From NCBI GenBank assembly GCA_051530055.1, contig CM121341.1, forward strand, positions 11,138,784 through 11,202,783: a stretch of 64,000 bases of DNA. The letters are read 5' to 3'. Below are positions 34,007 to 46,030 of the stretch, piece after piece. Made by a program: the position numbers and the translations under genes. The stretch's first letter is position 1. Each line of letters starts with the position of its first letter. The notes below the pieces were generated by a model, which did no database searches, was not told the origin of the DNA, and saw nothing but the letters and a program-made list of their open reading frames with translations. Origin of the DNA: Neoechinorhynchus agilis. Its lineage: Eukaryota; Animalia; Acanthocephala.

Positions 34007-36760
34007 ACGAATATTGGTGTAGTTCCGGAGGGACAGTGGATGGCCAACCACTAACTAAGTACCGCTTCACCTTACACAATGCCGAATCTGATTCAGTCGC
34101 TTCGCGCATACTATCCATAGTCAATTCCATCTAATTTATCATATAATCTTGAATTAGTTCAATTTCGTTCTCTTCGTCGTTGGGGACTGAGCATGTGAGT
34201 CGGGAAAGTGTGTCAGCTATGTGCTTATTTTGTCCTCTAACGAATTCAAGCTCATAGTTGTATTGTGATAATTCAATGCCCCAGCGGACCAATCGTTGAT
34301 TTGTCATATTGGACAAGTTTCGGTTAACTCCATAAATATATTTTAGCGGCTTATAGTCACTACAAATCTTAAACTTTCGGCCTGCTAAATATTGGTTGAA
34401 TTTCCGAGTAGCAAACATGATGGCTAGGCCCCCTTTTTCCACCTGAGAGTGGTTTTTCTCTGGCCCCTTAAGGATTCTCGACGCATACGCCGCTGGTAAT
34501 ATGCTTCCATCTGCTTGTACTTCCATTAATACCGCCTCAAGGCCTTTGTCGCTTGCGTCGCACCATAATTCAGTTTGTTTGTCCATTTGAAATGTCTTGA
34601 GGAATTGAGCTTTCGTTAAGGATTCACGCACTTCCTGGAAAGCATGCTCGTGTTCGGACTTCCATTCCCATCGTCTTCTTTTTGTGTCAGCTCATAAAAA
34701 GCTCCACATTTAGGTTGAAGTTCTGGAATAAATTTGTTCAGGAAATTGACTGTCCCGAGAAATGACCTAAGTTCCCCTTTATTCGGTTGCCGCGGTAAGG
34801 CCAAGATTGCTTGAATCTTTTGTTGACTTGGTTGAATGCTGTCTCGATGTAACATGTGTCCGAGGAATTCTATGGTGTCCTGAAGGAATATACATTTTTT
34901 TCTATTTAATTTCAATCCAACTCGATTGAATCTATTAAATACTTCGGATAAGCTTGCTAGATGATCGTTGAGAGTTCTTCCTGTAATTAGTACATCATCC
35001 AAGTAAATTGCGATGCCAGGAATTCCTTCGAGTAGTTCATCCCTGTAACGTTGAAAAACTGCCGGAGCTGAGCTGATTCCAAATGGCAGTCGTTTGTATC
35101 GGAAAAATCCTCGATGGGTCGAGATTGTCAAGGATTTACTAGAGTCCGCGTTGACAGGTAGTTGCAGATAAGCATATTTCTAATGGAGCCTTGAATACTG
35201 CTCACCTCCCGCTATTTGGTTGACGATCTCTTCCCATGTAGGAATGACGTAGTTATCGATTGTTAGATGTGGATTAATTGTTACTCTAAAGTCTCCGCAT
35301 ATCCTGATATCACCACTGGTTTCCTTGCAATCACAATCGGCGCAGCTCAATCGATAGAGTCTTTACGTAGATCCACTTTCTCCAGCACATCTGATTCTAA
35401 TTGCCTTATCAACTCGTTTTCTACTTTGTTCTTCAATGTCAGTGGAATTCTTCGACTTGCACATCTTCTCGGTGTGGCATTGGGTGCGATTGCTAGTGAT
35501 ATTTCGGTATTATTGACAGGAGTATTCGATTCATCGAAAATCGACTTATTCTTCAATAGTAGCTGATCGATTGAGGTAACGACCGAATCGATATCTGATT
35601 CTGTTTGCTGGCTATCAAGCCTGTGGCATATGACATCAGGCCAAGGAATTTCGAAAGCGTCTATCCAGGGACGCCCAAATAGGCTATACTTACCGTTTCG
35701 TACCACCATGACTTCTAACTGCTTTTGTCTTTCTCCCAAACTCGCATTGATATTGCATTTTCCCAGGGTTACTAACCGTTTGCCACCATACGCCTTGAGG
35801 GGTTTGGTAGCATTCAAAGTTGGCTGGCCTATTCTACGCCAATCTGACATAGTCAACACCGATACACTGGCACCAGTATCATATTCCATCGTTATTTGTC
35901 CCATTTATTTGAGCATCTATTCTTGGAATCTGATTCGTCACTATCGTTGTATGGTTCACATTTATTATCGTATTTAGTTCTTCAATTTGATCTACCGGGT
36001 ACCTTGATCGGCAACACGATCTGAAATGACCCGTCCTTTAGCGCTTGAAAAACTCTTGTTCTTTGCTGGACACTTCGATATTTCGTGCTCTAGTCCACAT
36101 CTTTTACAGCGTTGTTTAGGTCTTTTCTCTCTTTGATCACGTATATTATGCCGTTTTGGAATCGTGTCAATTTTGAATCTTTCCGTCTTGCATATATTTT
36201 GCTGTGCTGTGTATGAATCATTCGGAAGTTCTTGACCTACATACTGCTTCCTCCACGACGTATCCTTTATGATTTTAAACGTTTCACAAATCTTCATCAC
36301 GTCGCTCAAAGAAGGTGCTGCCATTTGCAAAATTTTGTTCCTCACCTCATCGTGTGGCGTTCCAATCGCTATCTGGTCTCTGATCTGCTCGTCGATCGCA
36401 TCTTTTTCCGAATTGATGGATTTATTGAAAAATTGATACAATCCAGCTTTTTCTCGTAGGTCTGCAATCCATGATGCATAAGTTTGACCATTTTTCATTT
36501 CGTATTGACTAGATGCATATGGATTGGGCGTGAGTAATGGGTATCCAGCAATTCTATTAATTCATAGCAATCATAATCATTGACATCTTTTCCCGTACTT
36601 AGATTGGACAGTAGTTGGCATGCCGAGGGCCCAATCCATGATGGCCGGAATCCCGTTGCTCGCACATTATCCTTCCTGGCAGTCGTGTTCGAATTATCCC
36701 ACGTTAGCAACTGTTCTAATAATTGTTGCTGTTGTTGGAGAATTGTTCTCAATAAACCAC

Positions 36761-36771
36761 CCTCGTCGCCA
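36761..36771 (-). promoter_or_regulatory. Primer-binding site TGGCGACGAGG, complementary to a tRNA-Ser(GCU)-type 3' end
   Basis: Plus strand CCTCGTCGCCA lies 2 nt from the LTR edge at 36774. It matches the 3' end of eukaryotic tRNA-Ser(GCU) as I recall it. Confidence 0.8.
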
Positions 36772-36828
36772 GTTGTAGTAGTCATGTAACAACTAGTTTG
36801 TTATTCGAAGTCTGCCTTCAAAAAAAGA

Positions 36829-39800
36829 TTTATTCGAAGTGGGAACATCTTATATAGTCTTGGAGCTGGACTGAGTTATATGATCAACACAGTCTTCAGA
36901 ATAGGCTCCACCGAGCTAGTGCAGTCCATTTCAAGCTTTTAGTGGCCCAGTCAGCAGAAGATGCCCAATCAAAGGGTAGTCTGGATAGGATTTCTAAAAA
37001 TACGCAGCGGAACTTCTGGCGTTGTTCGGGTGGTCGGCCTATGGAATAGAAGACCAGACTGGAGATTGCCCATGAGCACCATATAGTCTTGCATACTTTG
37101 GCGCTTAGGCCCAGACGGACAGCACGCTTTGCCTTAGCTCTAGCAGCCTTCAACAATTTCTTCATTTTGCATATATCAGGTGAAATGGACAAATTAGCGG
37201 TGAGAGTGTAACCTAAAATGTTAAGCCATTTATTTACGGCGTAAAAATCTAGATTAAAAAATGCTTAATAAACTCCCGTATGCGCCTTTTTCCAGTGGAT
37301 GATTTTGATTTAATTAAAAATTAGGTTAGGTAGATATTCCTTTAAAAATTTCAGCACGGCAGCAAGTTTTTCTCGTGCTCGTATATAATTTGCCTCCTTA
37401 ATTACAACCGAAAGATCATCGGCATACATAGTATTTGATTTGCAAACATTGCAGTTTTTACAATATATTGAGTGGCTATGCAAAACAAAATGGGCGATAG
37501 AGGGGATCCTTGTGGTAGCCCTTCCTGCTGATAGAATATGGTTCTAGAAGGATCATCTGAAAAGTAGAAACGATTAGATTTTAATGTATTATTTACCCTA
37601 GCTATCAGATTAACAGGAAAAAAATCTTAAAATATTCATAACAAAATCAATATCAATGTTATCGAATGCCTTGCTTATATCAAAAAATATCAAAATGTTC
37701 ATTGACCTTTGAAATTTGAAGTTTTCAATTATTTGAGTCATTGCCGTGTATACAGATTTCCCTGGAACAAACCCGTGGCAACGCTCGTCAATTATCTGGT
37801 TTTGTACAGCGAAGTGTAATATTCTCTTGGCCAAAACTCTTTCTTATATAAAAACCAATGCATTTTGTATTGAAATTGGTCTGACATCGGTAGCTGACTT
37901 GATGACCCATCCTTTCTTCTTACATAAAAAAATCCATTTAGCTATGTTAATCTTAGTCCACTCATCGCGAGAGAGCTAGTAGCAAATGACGTGCCAAAGA
38001 ATTAACATTTTTGCCGTCGATTACATTGGTAGCCTTGAAGCACGGCGAATGGCCGTTATGTGAGTTAAGGTTTCTTGATCCCCACCATATCGACAAGCCG
38101 TCCAAGGAAATATCCGACCTTCGAGGCTTGATTCTAATGAAAGTGGAAGCCTGGGATATTATACTGGCTCCGTTCGTGTGTTCGGCGATGAGCGCATTGA
38201 CAACATTGTTAAACCCAGCAGTTTTTATCCACTGTGCCGCGGCCTTTTTCCATGGATGAAACTTTTTCTTCGAGATTATTTGCCACCAAGGAGAGGAATA
38301 ACACAATAATGGTCCCATTCTCCTTTTATCCTGGGAAAATTGAAAGCGAACCCGGCAAGGCCAATACAATGAGGCCCAGAATTTTATAGAATCATGAACG
38401 CCCCTGGCTTTATAGAGTTTCCGCCCATATAGAGACAAACGTTTAGGTGTATGCTGTCGATGAGATGGAGTTCTAGCTACCGAGGTAAGTATATTGTCAC
38501 TGGTCCTCACAAGGAAATCATTTATTCCTTCCAAATCCTTGAACGCGTTAGTAACGCACATTAAATCGGTGAGAGAATTAAAAATTGATATATTGAGAGC
38601 ACTTTACTTAAAAATACGCGATAATAAATTATTTGTACCCATCCTGAAAGGAGCAGACTGGGAGACAAGCCTAGGCTTGAATCGTGAGTTATTTTTTGCA
38701 ATGCACAGGTCGATAACCGAGTGTATCCGACCATCAGTAAAACTTGGGTAATCCGGAGTAACGAGACTATGTGAGTCTCCCGAATGAACAATAGCATTGA
38801 TACATTTATGCGACGGATCGTTAAAATCTCCGAACAAAAAAAATCAATCCCAGAAGCTAGTAAATTCTTTAAAATAGCTTTGTTGTGTGTGCTATGGATT
38901 TTTTTGGGGCGTATATAAATATTCCCGAAAATGTGTTTCCTCCCATTCCAACACAATGAAAATATAGCGTATGATAAGTCCGGAGATGTGTATTCGCATA
39001 GAAGTAGCGGGTAGAGTCAAGAACGAAAAATTGATAGAAATGGGTGGCGTGCAAAAAGCGTGTATTCTCCTAAAAAAGCATTAAAACACTGAGGCAAACT
39101 AGGAATGGTATATAGAGACTTGGTCTCCTGGGTGAAAATCGCGTCATTTCTCCTCACTTCGGATAACAAGCTGAGAATTCCCGAAAGGCCGCCAGAATTC
39201 CACTGCGCTATTTTCAGTTCCATTCAGAACTACCCTTAATTAAATTTTGGGTACCTGCGGCACAAACCTGAGTTTGTCGAGGATTGTTTGTACGAATTCC
39301 TCTTCTTCTGTCCTGTTTATGTCATCCTTATGCTCATCTTGATTCAAGATGGACCGCTTCCGAGTCCGTTTGCATGGGGTATGATGTGCTTCTAAGGACA
39401 TCGGAAGCGTGCTCAGTCTCGTCGTTACTGTCTCGAGTAGGACATTGAGATGAGCCGTCATTCTTCTTTCCAGTCCCTGGATCGCTGAAGCTATTCGCAT
39501 ATCTACCATCTGCATGACTTTGTCAGAAAACTCTTTGAGCTTCACTTCCAGTGAGTCTCCTTGACATGGTCTCCCATGTCCGTTATTACTCAATATTCAT
39601 GGACGTGAATGGGGTTGCTCATTGGTTGACCACGTGTCGGATGGTTGACATGTTGTTTCGCAGGACCCAAAGCACGTATCTCTTGAAATTGTCGCAGGAT
39701 TTAGAGAAAGCACAGTGACCTTCTTGAAGGCAATTTACACAACGCTTCGATGTCCTTGGGCAGTTCGAGGAGCTATACTCCTCCGTGCAGTAGGCAAAAT

Positions 39801-40135
39801 TAATCTTTTTCGATGGACATTTCTGCATCCAGTGCCCCCATGCTTGGCAAATGGAACATCTGGGGAAGGCGTAGTCGTCTTGTAGGGATATTTCGTTGGA
39901 GCTGAACTTTATTTCCATCGTATGGAAAAAATATCGCTCATTTGTAAGAGTATCTCTTCTGTCGACCGATGCTTAAACAACCGCTCTCGGAATCGGCATC
40001 CCAGTTCTCGCCGATTTCAAGAAAAACAACAGTTTACAGTTAAATTTCGTTTCAAAGTCTTTCCTGTCTTCCTCATCGATGTCAGGTGAAATTCCATTAA
40101 CAAGAAAGGTAGATTCGTAACTTTGGTTGATTATT
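36829..40135 (-). mobile_element. APE-RT non-LTR retrotransposon (I/Jockey/R1 group), degenerate, 5'-disrupted
   Basis: ORF1 with CCHC-type knuckles (CSICQAWGHWMQKC; CVNCLQEGH), APE start MELKIAQWNSGGL...QETK and GDFN, RT FFDISKAFD, PQGSPLSP and YADD. Confidence 0.88.
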
Positions 40136-40139
40136 TGTA

Positions 40140-41330
40140 CTCCTCTCGTGTCGCATTTATTATTTATGTGGGAAAAATTAACATAACACGCCGTATCCTC
40201 CTGGTTAAAGGCAAAAAACATACAGTTACTTCCCCATCTGACCTGAGGCCTATCTCAATACAAAATTCTCTTGTATCGTTATATGACAAGGCACTCGCTG
40301 ACTACCTCATGGAATTTTGTGTGGAAAAGGACATCATCGCCTCAAACTGTCATGGTTTCTTCGAGGGTAGGTCGGTCATTTCGGCCGTTAGGATATCTAT
40401 TCTGCTCTTTCCCTCAACCCATGCAAATGCAAATGCCTAGTTTCTTTTAATTTCTCAGCGGCCTATGACAATATCAACCTGTAGTTTCTGCTGAGTTATG
40501 TCTTTCCTCAATTTTCCTAACGATATTCTTGCCCGTCTGAGGGATATACTTAGCTCAAAATCCTTTTACTTCGAGGACGACATGGACGGCAAAGTTTTCT
40601 TCCCAACTAAAGGTCTCCCTCAGGGTTCACCGCTATCCCCAATACTATTTCTGATTGCGATGCAATTCATCTCGGGCTATTCAATAAATGGGGTGAAAAT
40701 GATTATCTACGCAGACGACATTAGCGCGGCTCTTTTTACCGATAACTCCTGAAAACTCCTGGTGTTAATGAGAGACATCGTATCTTTTATTAATCGACAG
40801 TCAAACTTAATGGGCCTAAGCTTGAATTGCAATAAAACAAACATTATGGTCGCGGCTGTTAGCCTTATATTATCAAAAAGTTAAGAAGGATCATCAGGGA
40901 ACAAATCCTACCAATTGTAGACCAAGATCCAAATAACAAAAAATTCAACCGAATTATGATTTTAGGATATAATTTTAATGCAAGGTTGAATGAGAAATTT
41001 GACCTGACACATTTTAATAAAATTCTTAAATTAGCAAAACGTTTTTATATTAGAGCAAGTAAGCTGAACCTAACGGACAAAAAACGCGTTCAAATTTGGA
41101 AAGCATGGGCCATCTCTGGCCTTACGTTTTTTAGTCGCGATAGACGTCCAGAGCAACGTCTTATTTTTGGAGAGGTTCTGCTAAAAAATGCACTATTCCT
41201 CAAGCAGCCAGATATTGACTCCTTGAAACATAATCTATGCAGATGGATGGATGTTCGAAATGCATGATTGCACAACTTATGTTATGGCCCTCTGACACTT
41301 TCCTGTTCGTACGTATGATCAAATAAAATT
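40140..41330 (+). mobile_element. 5'-truncated APE-RT-family LINE copy (RT to 3' end), a diverged relative of the adjacent element
   Basis: SDLRPISI, CHGF, GLPQGSPLSPILF, YADD and WKAWAISGL..F...PEQR parallel the minus-strand copy. AATAAA near 41322. Confidence 0.85.
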
Positions 41331-42179
41331 GTAATTGTTATTGAGTACCTCCCGACTGATTATAAAAATCTTGAAGGTCTAATTTAGCAAGAGTTGAACG
41401 GCTTTATAGAGCAACACTTTTATTCGATTTTACGTTTTCCTCAAATATACAGAATCAATTTTAGGCTGTCTTATATAATTATGACGGATTGACTGTGTAT
41501 TAAATGAATAATGCTACTAAAATTATTGAGGGCAGAAAATTCCATAAAATTTGAAGCTCTAATTTTAGAGATTAGGTCAAGCACTTTTTTCATATTCGAT
41601 TCCAATAACGAATTCATGCATCCGTCAACAAAACTTCCACAGCAGTCTATTTGTTCCTAAAGTTCATACACAAATATATCAAATGAATTGTAGTCTGTTA
41701 GAATCCCATATCGAAGTTTTGTTATAAATTCAATCCAAATGTGATTTCCTCATTAACCAAATTTATTTCCAACATTCATAGAATCAGCATCAGTTCGCAT
41801 TAAAATGCGGATGCGAGGATTTTTACCAACATTGAAGTATTGCGTCTACTTCTTATCTAAGTAATCCTAAACCGATGGTAATAGTCCTTCAGTGTGATAA
41901 ACTGATTGTTCTCGCTAAATTGGATCGAGATCCGCGATAGAGCTATTTAAGGAACATACAGCTTTTATTCATTGTGCGAGTTTGCCAAGCAGCACTAAAC
42001 GGAACTTTGTCTTAGAGGAGTGCATTATACTATGGATCTTTAATCACATTGTTTGTAAAACAGTAGAGTCAATTCAGTTCCGTAGAGCAAGGCTATTCAA
42101 GTTTGTGCTTTTGTGTTTGCATAACCGATAAAGATATAAGTGCAAATGTTCCGTCTAGACTTCAGAAATTCCAGCACTC

Positions 42180-42521
42180 ATGAAACATTCTTTGGCGATC
42201 ATCACACTTGCAGTGTTCCTGGTCAGCGTCGGTTGTCGTCCTGATTTCAACAACTACGATGTTGGTAAGCGACTTGTTGACTTTCGAAAGCGTTCAGTTG
42301 GGCTGCCTAAAATCATCGACCAGCAACCGTACGGATATCTTAGTGACATCTGTAGGAAATATTCAACCGCCCTACCCGTTGAGCCTTACTCGAATAACAT
42401 TATGAAACTTGTATCAATGGAATGCAGGTCACCGAATCCATTTGACGGAGAATGTCGCTGTTTTTGGGAAAATAATGTGGTTACTTCGATAAAGCTCGAC
42501 CGTTGGAACGCGAACTACTAA
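42180..42521 (+). CDS. Small secreted prohormone/neuropeptide-like precursor (113 aa), intronless
   Basis: Signal-peptide-like N-terminus MKHSLAIITLAVFLVSVGC, a GKR amidation/cleavage site, an RKR site and a C-terminal segment with 4 Cys. Confidence 0.7.
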   Translation: MKHSLAIITLAVFLVSVGCRPDFNNYDVGKRLVDFRKRSVGLPKIIDQQPYGYLSDICRKYSTALPVEPYSNNIMKLVSMECRSPNPFDGECRCFWENNVVTSIKLDRWNANY

Positions 42522-44347
42522 TGAATTTACTTTGTCCTTCATACTCCCAATCTGTGTTCATGTCTGTATTTGTCTATCAAATCCACAAAAAATAAATTGA
42601 CGTTCGCCGTGTGATATTTTGAAGAACTAAGTACAAACTTCATCACCGTTTCCACTAGGAAGTCCCTCGGCTAGAGTGTTTGGAGCAATAACGATGGCGA
42701 AACTGGCGTTTTGAAGAATTCTCAAATGGATTACTCCACATTTTAAGATCATCCAAAATCCCGTGAGATGTATGTAAAAAACATTTTAGGGTATTTTTAG
42801 TATCTTGAATATAAGCGCCTTAAACGGTTCAAGGTAATCAATAAAACAATAGCATTCTTTATTTCGAAAATTTGTCGTTTTTCTGTCAATAATAATTTAC
42901 TCTCGTGTTATTTGATGCGTTTTTAAATATTATGTCATAGCAGGTAATTTTTAGAATCTTTTAAAAGTACGTTCTTTAACCAATATTTAGTTTTGATCAG
43001 GAGTTGAAACCGTTGAATACGATTAGTTATTGCGGAGTGACGAAAATTTGCGAACAATATAACGGGCCTAAGAAAAATATATTCACAACATGAATTTGCT
43101 TTGGTTTCGTTATTCGGACCGAGATATACATTAATTTTAGGTGATGTTCGTGTTTAACAAAAGTATTATATTCAAGATGAGCCGGGAACGCAATCCGATT
43201 CAGACCAATCTGCATTCGCTTAACAATTGCAAATGATTCTAAAACCACTCTACCCGGTTGAAATTTATGGCGACGAGTGCATTTAATTTAACTTAATAGT
43301 GTAAATTGAACAAAGGCAGAAATCCATAGCTTACGATCTACTAACTCAACTTATTTTAGTTTTAAAGGTTTATAATTCACTTTAGATAACTTGCGGCAGT
43401 CAATCTCTTGGACATTTTTTTGGAAATGAAACGTTAGTTATTTAAGAGACCTTTAAAAACCGCATTGCGTATATCGCAATTTTTATGAAAGGTTTTTAAC
43501 GAGGGATCGGCGTTGAACAAAGACATTTTTGTAATTTTGAAAGCGAAGAGATACTAAAGAGTAAATGTAGATGACCTCGTCTAAAAATTGCTCAGTAGAC
43601 CACTGTTCTGCCTAAAATAGCAGAAGCTGCGGAAATATTCAATGGCATCCATAATCGTCCCGTTTGCCGATTAGGTCTAAATTAGATAACTGCGATGTAT
43701 GAAAATGTCGATATGTGAAGTACCGGGGAATGTGATTCGAATTATTGTTTAGAAGTCTACACCCGCGATAAATGATTATTTATTGAAGGCGTTCTGCGAA
43801 CCTCGTAGGGTTCATCATCAGTTCTAAAATACAAGTGGATGAGTAACTATTTCACTCTCATGCGCGCTTATGGTAACACGAACAGCGTAGACCGAAATAT
43901 CAAATTTGTAAAATGAATGAGTACACTTAGATGATTCTCTTTTCAGTTACTTTCAAAATTAAATTGATGAATGATACGTGGTAAAGGCTGCTGATTTGTT
44001 GATGGACTAAATGTAATTAATTATTTGGCGTCCGTTTGATTGTTTGCTCTCCACATAAATCCTTGTTTACGTTTTGTAAAAATGTTGTTGTTTTTAGGAG
44101 ACTTCGAGAGTTCAGTATTGTCAATGTTATGTGTCAAACATTACACATCACGATTAGAAATTGATACTATTGACGTCTATATCGAATAGTAAATAAGTGC
44201 GACATTTATGTATTGATCACAAATCTTCTCACATATCGACCCTTCCTTTTTAATTGACACTCCGTTCCTTTATATCTAATTAATATATATCACAGCTCGA
44301 TACTAAACGACTTCTCCACAAAACTCATCACACTTTCGATTGTTCAG

Positions 44348-45271
44348 GTCCTAACTTATCGCCCGGAGAAGATATCAGAGAATATGCGGTACACTTCATT
44401 TCGCTATATGGTTGGTATGTCTTGTAAATATGTCTAACTTCAGATTTTGCAAATTTTAGCTACGAAGACGATTTGTCTTATTCATAGAACGGTTCATGTA
44501 CAATCCGCATAGATCCCAGAGGAAACCGGCAAATTATCCTGACGATTTTGTTATTCCAGACGAATCCACAGATAACCGTTCGAAAAGGTGAATTTAAGCT
44601 ATCATTTCAATGAACAATATTTTTCTTGTAGATTCTCTATCGCTACCGTATCAGAAAAATCATTCGAGCATCGAGATACATTGCTCAACGAACATCACGT
44701 AACAATTCATTCAAGATGTACTTGCATGTCCAGCAGGTAAATCAATCTTTTTCGAGTCGCATGTCTCAAAAGTCTCGTTATTCTTAGACACAATAATCTA
44801 CTCAGAATTTTTTACATGTGGACGATTAAGAACTTTAAAGCATATCATCATTACCCAGATGAAATCGTTGCTCTCAAAAGTGGAATATTCTGTCCCATAG
44901 AGCCTCAACAAAATTTCGGTGAGCTTGAAGCATCTGCACCATTGCGATCTATGGATTGGCGCATTATTTGTTCGCCTGTGAAAAAATGCGGAGATACACA
45001 GCATTATTGGGAACTAAGGCTTGTTTTAGAAGACGGTATGAAACCAGTTCGAGCTAAAGCTCAATTTTATATCGAACGTTATGGTCACACGAAAATTAAG
45101 GTTGACGGGGATACTAATTTTAAGGCATATTATCCTGGAGTCACATCGGACATCGCTCTAAAGAAACCACTAGCATCTGTGCCAAATAGAGACCTTTTCT
45201 GCTCGATGGATACTCTTGGCAGAGTTCGAATATGCATCAAGATGGCAATACACGAGGACTTGGAATATTAA
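44348..45271 (+). CDS. MATH (TRAF-like) domain protein, 5'-partial multi-exon model
   Basis: The last exon reads FYMWTIKNF...WRIICSP...ELRL...VRAKAQFYI (SPOP/MATH-like). Upstream GT-AG exons at about 44348-44410, 44461-44588 and 44631-44736 join in compatible phases and look like a second degenerate MATH domain. Confidence 0.7.
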
Positions 45272-45789
45272 GAATAGCTAAATTAGTATCTTAATTCAAG
45301 ACTTAGTGCATAGAAAGATAGAAGGTAATAGACAAGTTAGTACGAAAATAAATAAGGTCATTATTTAAGCGATCTGTTTCGGAAAGCCTTCGAATCAGAC
45401 GAATATGTATGATAGAAGTTTTGACTTATCAATAGGCAAAAGAACTTATTTTATTCTGGGAATGGAAAATAGATTAAAACGCATCGTTTAAAATGCGTCG
45501 ATTCCTTTACATCACCTCTGTAAATTCATTTAGCTGATTTTATGTCTTTGTCTATGACAACGATCAAAACTGGTTGAAGAAAATATCGCAAGCACTTTCA
45601 TTCAAGTTAAGTCAAATATCATTTATATATAAAGTGAGTTTCACGACCTACGAAAAATTAAGTATATAGACACTTCCAGTTTTAAAATATTATTAATAAG
45701 ATATTAACTGTCTGTTTAGATTCCTCGGCAACGAAATTTTCACTAAATAGGAGTTCAAAATGTTATAATTTTGATTATATCTTTAACTA

Positions 45790-46030
45790 AATTAATCTTA
45801 TTGCTGGAATTATTGTTTAGGTCTACACCCAGTAAATTATTATTTATGAAAGACGTTTCGAACCTCGTCCGGTTCATCACCAGCTTCGTCTATTACTAAC
45901 AAACAAACGGATGATGAACCCGGCGAGATTAGCAGAACGTCTTTAATAAATAATCATTTACCGGGTGAAGACTTCTAAACAGTAATTCTAATCACATTCC
46001 TCAGTACCTAAGATATCGACATGTTAATGT
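45790..46030. repeat. Foldback copy of a dispersed repeat family (also at 43700-43825 and 54317-54910)
   Basis: GAATTATTGTTTAGGTCT...GAACCTCGTCCGGTTCATCA followed by its inverted version TGATGAACCCGGCGAG...CTAAACAGTAATTC...ATCGACAT. Confidence 0.75.

Larger units (their letters stand above)
32495..36818 (-). mobile_element. Ty3/gypsy LTR retrotransposon (Mag/K02A2.6-like), frameshifted
   Basis: Gag with Cys/His knuckle (CKRCGLEHEISKC), protease DTGAS, RT YLDD, RNase H (CDASD...FATRKF) and integrase (IHLDFAGP, SDNGPPF), in gypsy order. 3' LTR 32495-32645 (TGT...ACA) with adjacent polypurine tract. 5' LTR remnant starts at 36774. Confidence 0.93.

Noticed and set aside
36829-41330. Twin-priming inversion of a single LINE
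   Set aside because: The two opposed copies cover the same RT region and are clearly diverged from each other, so they are separate insertions.
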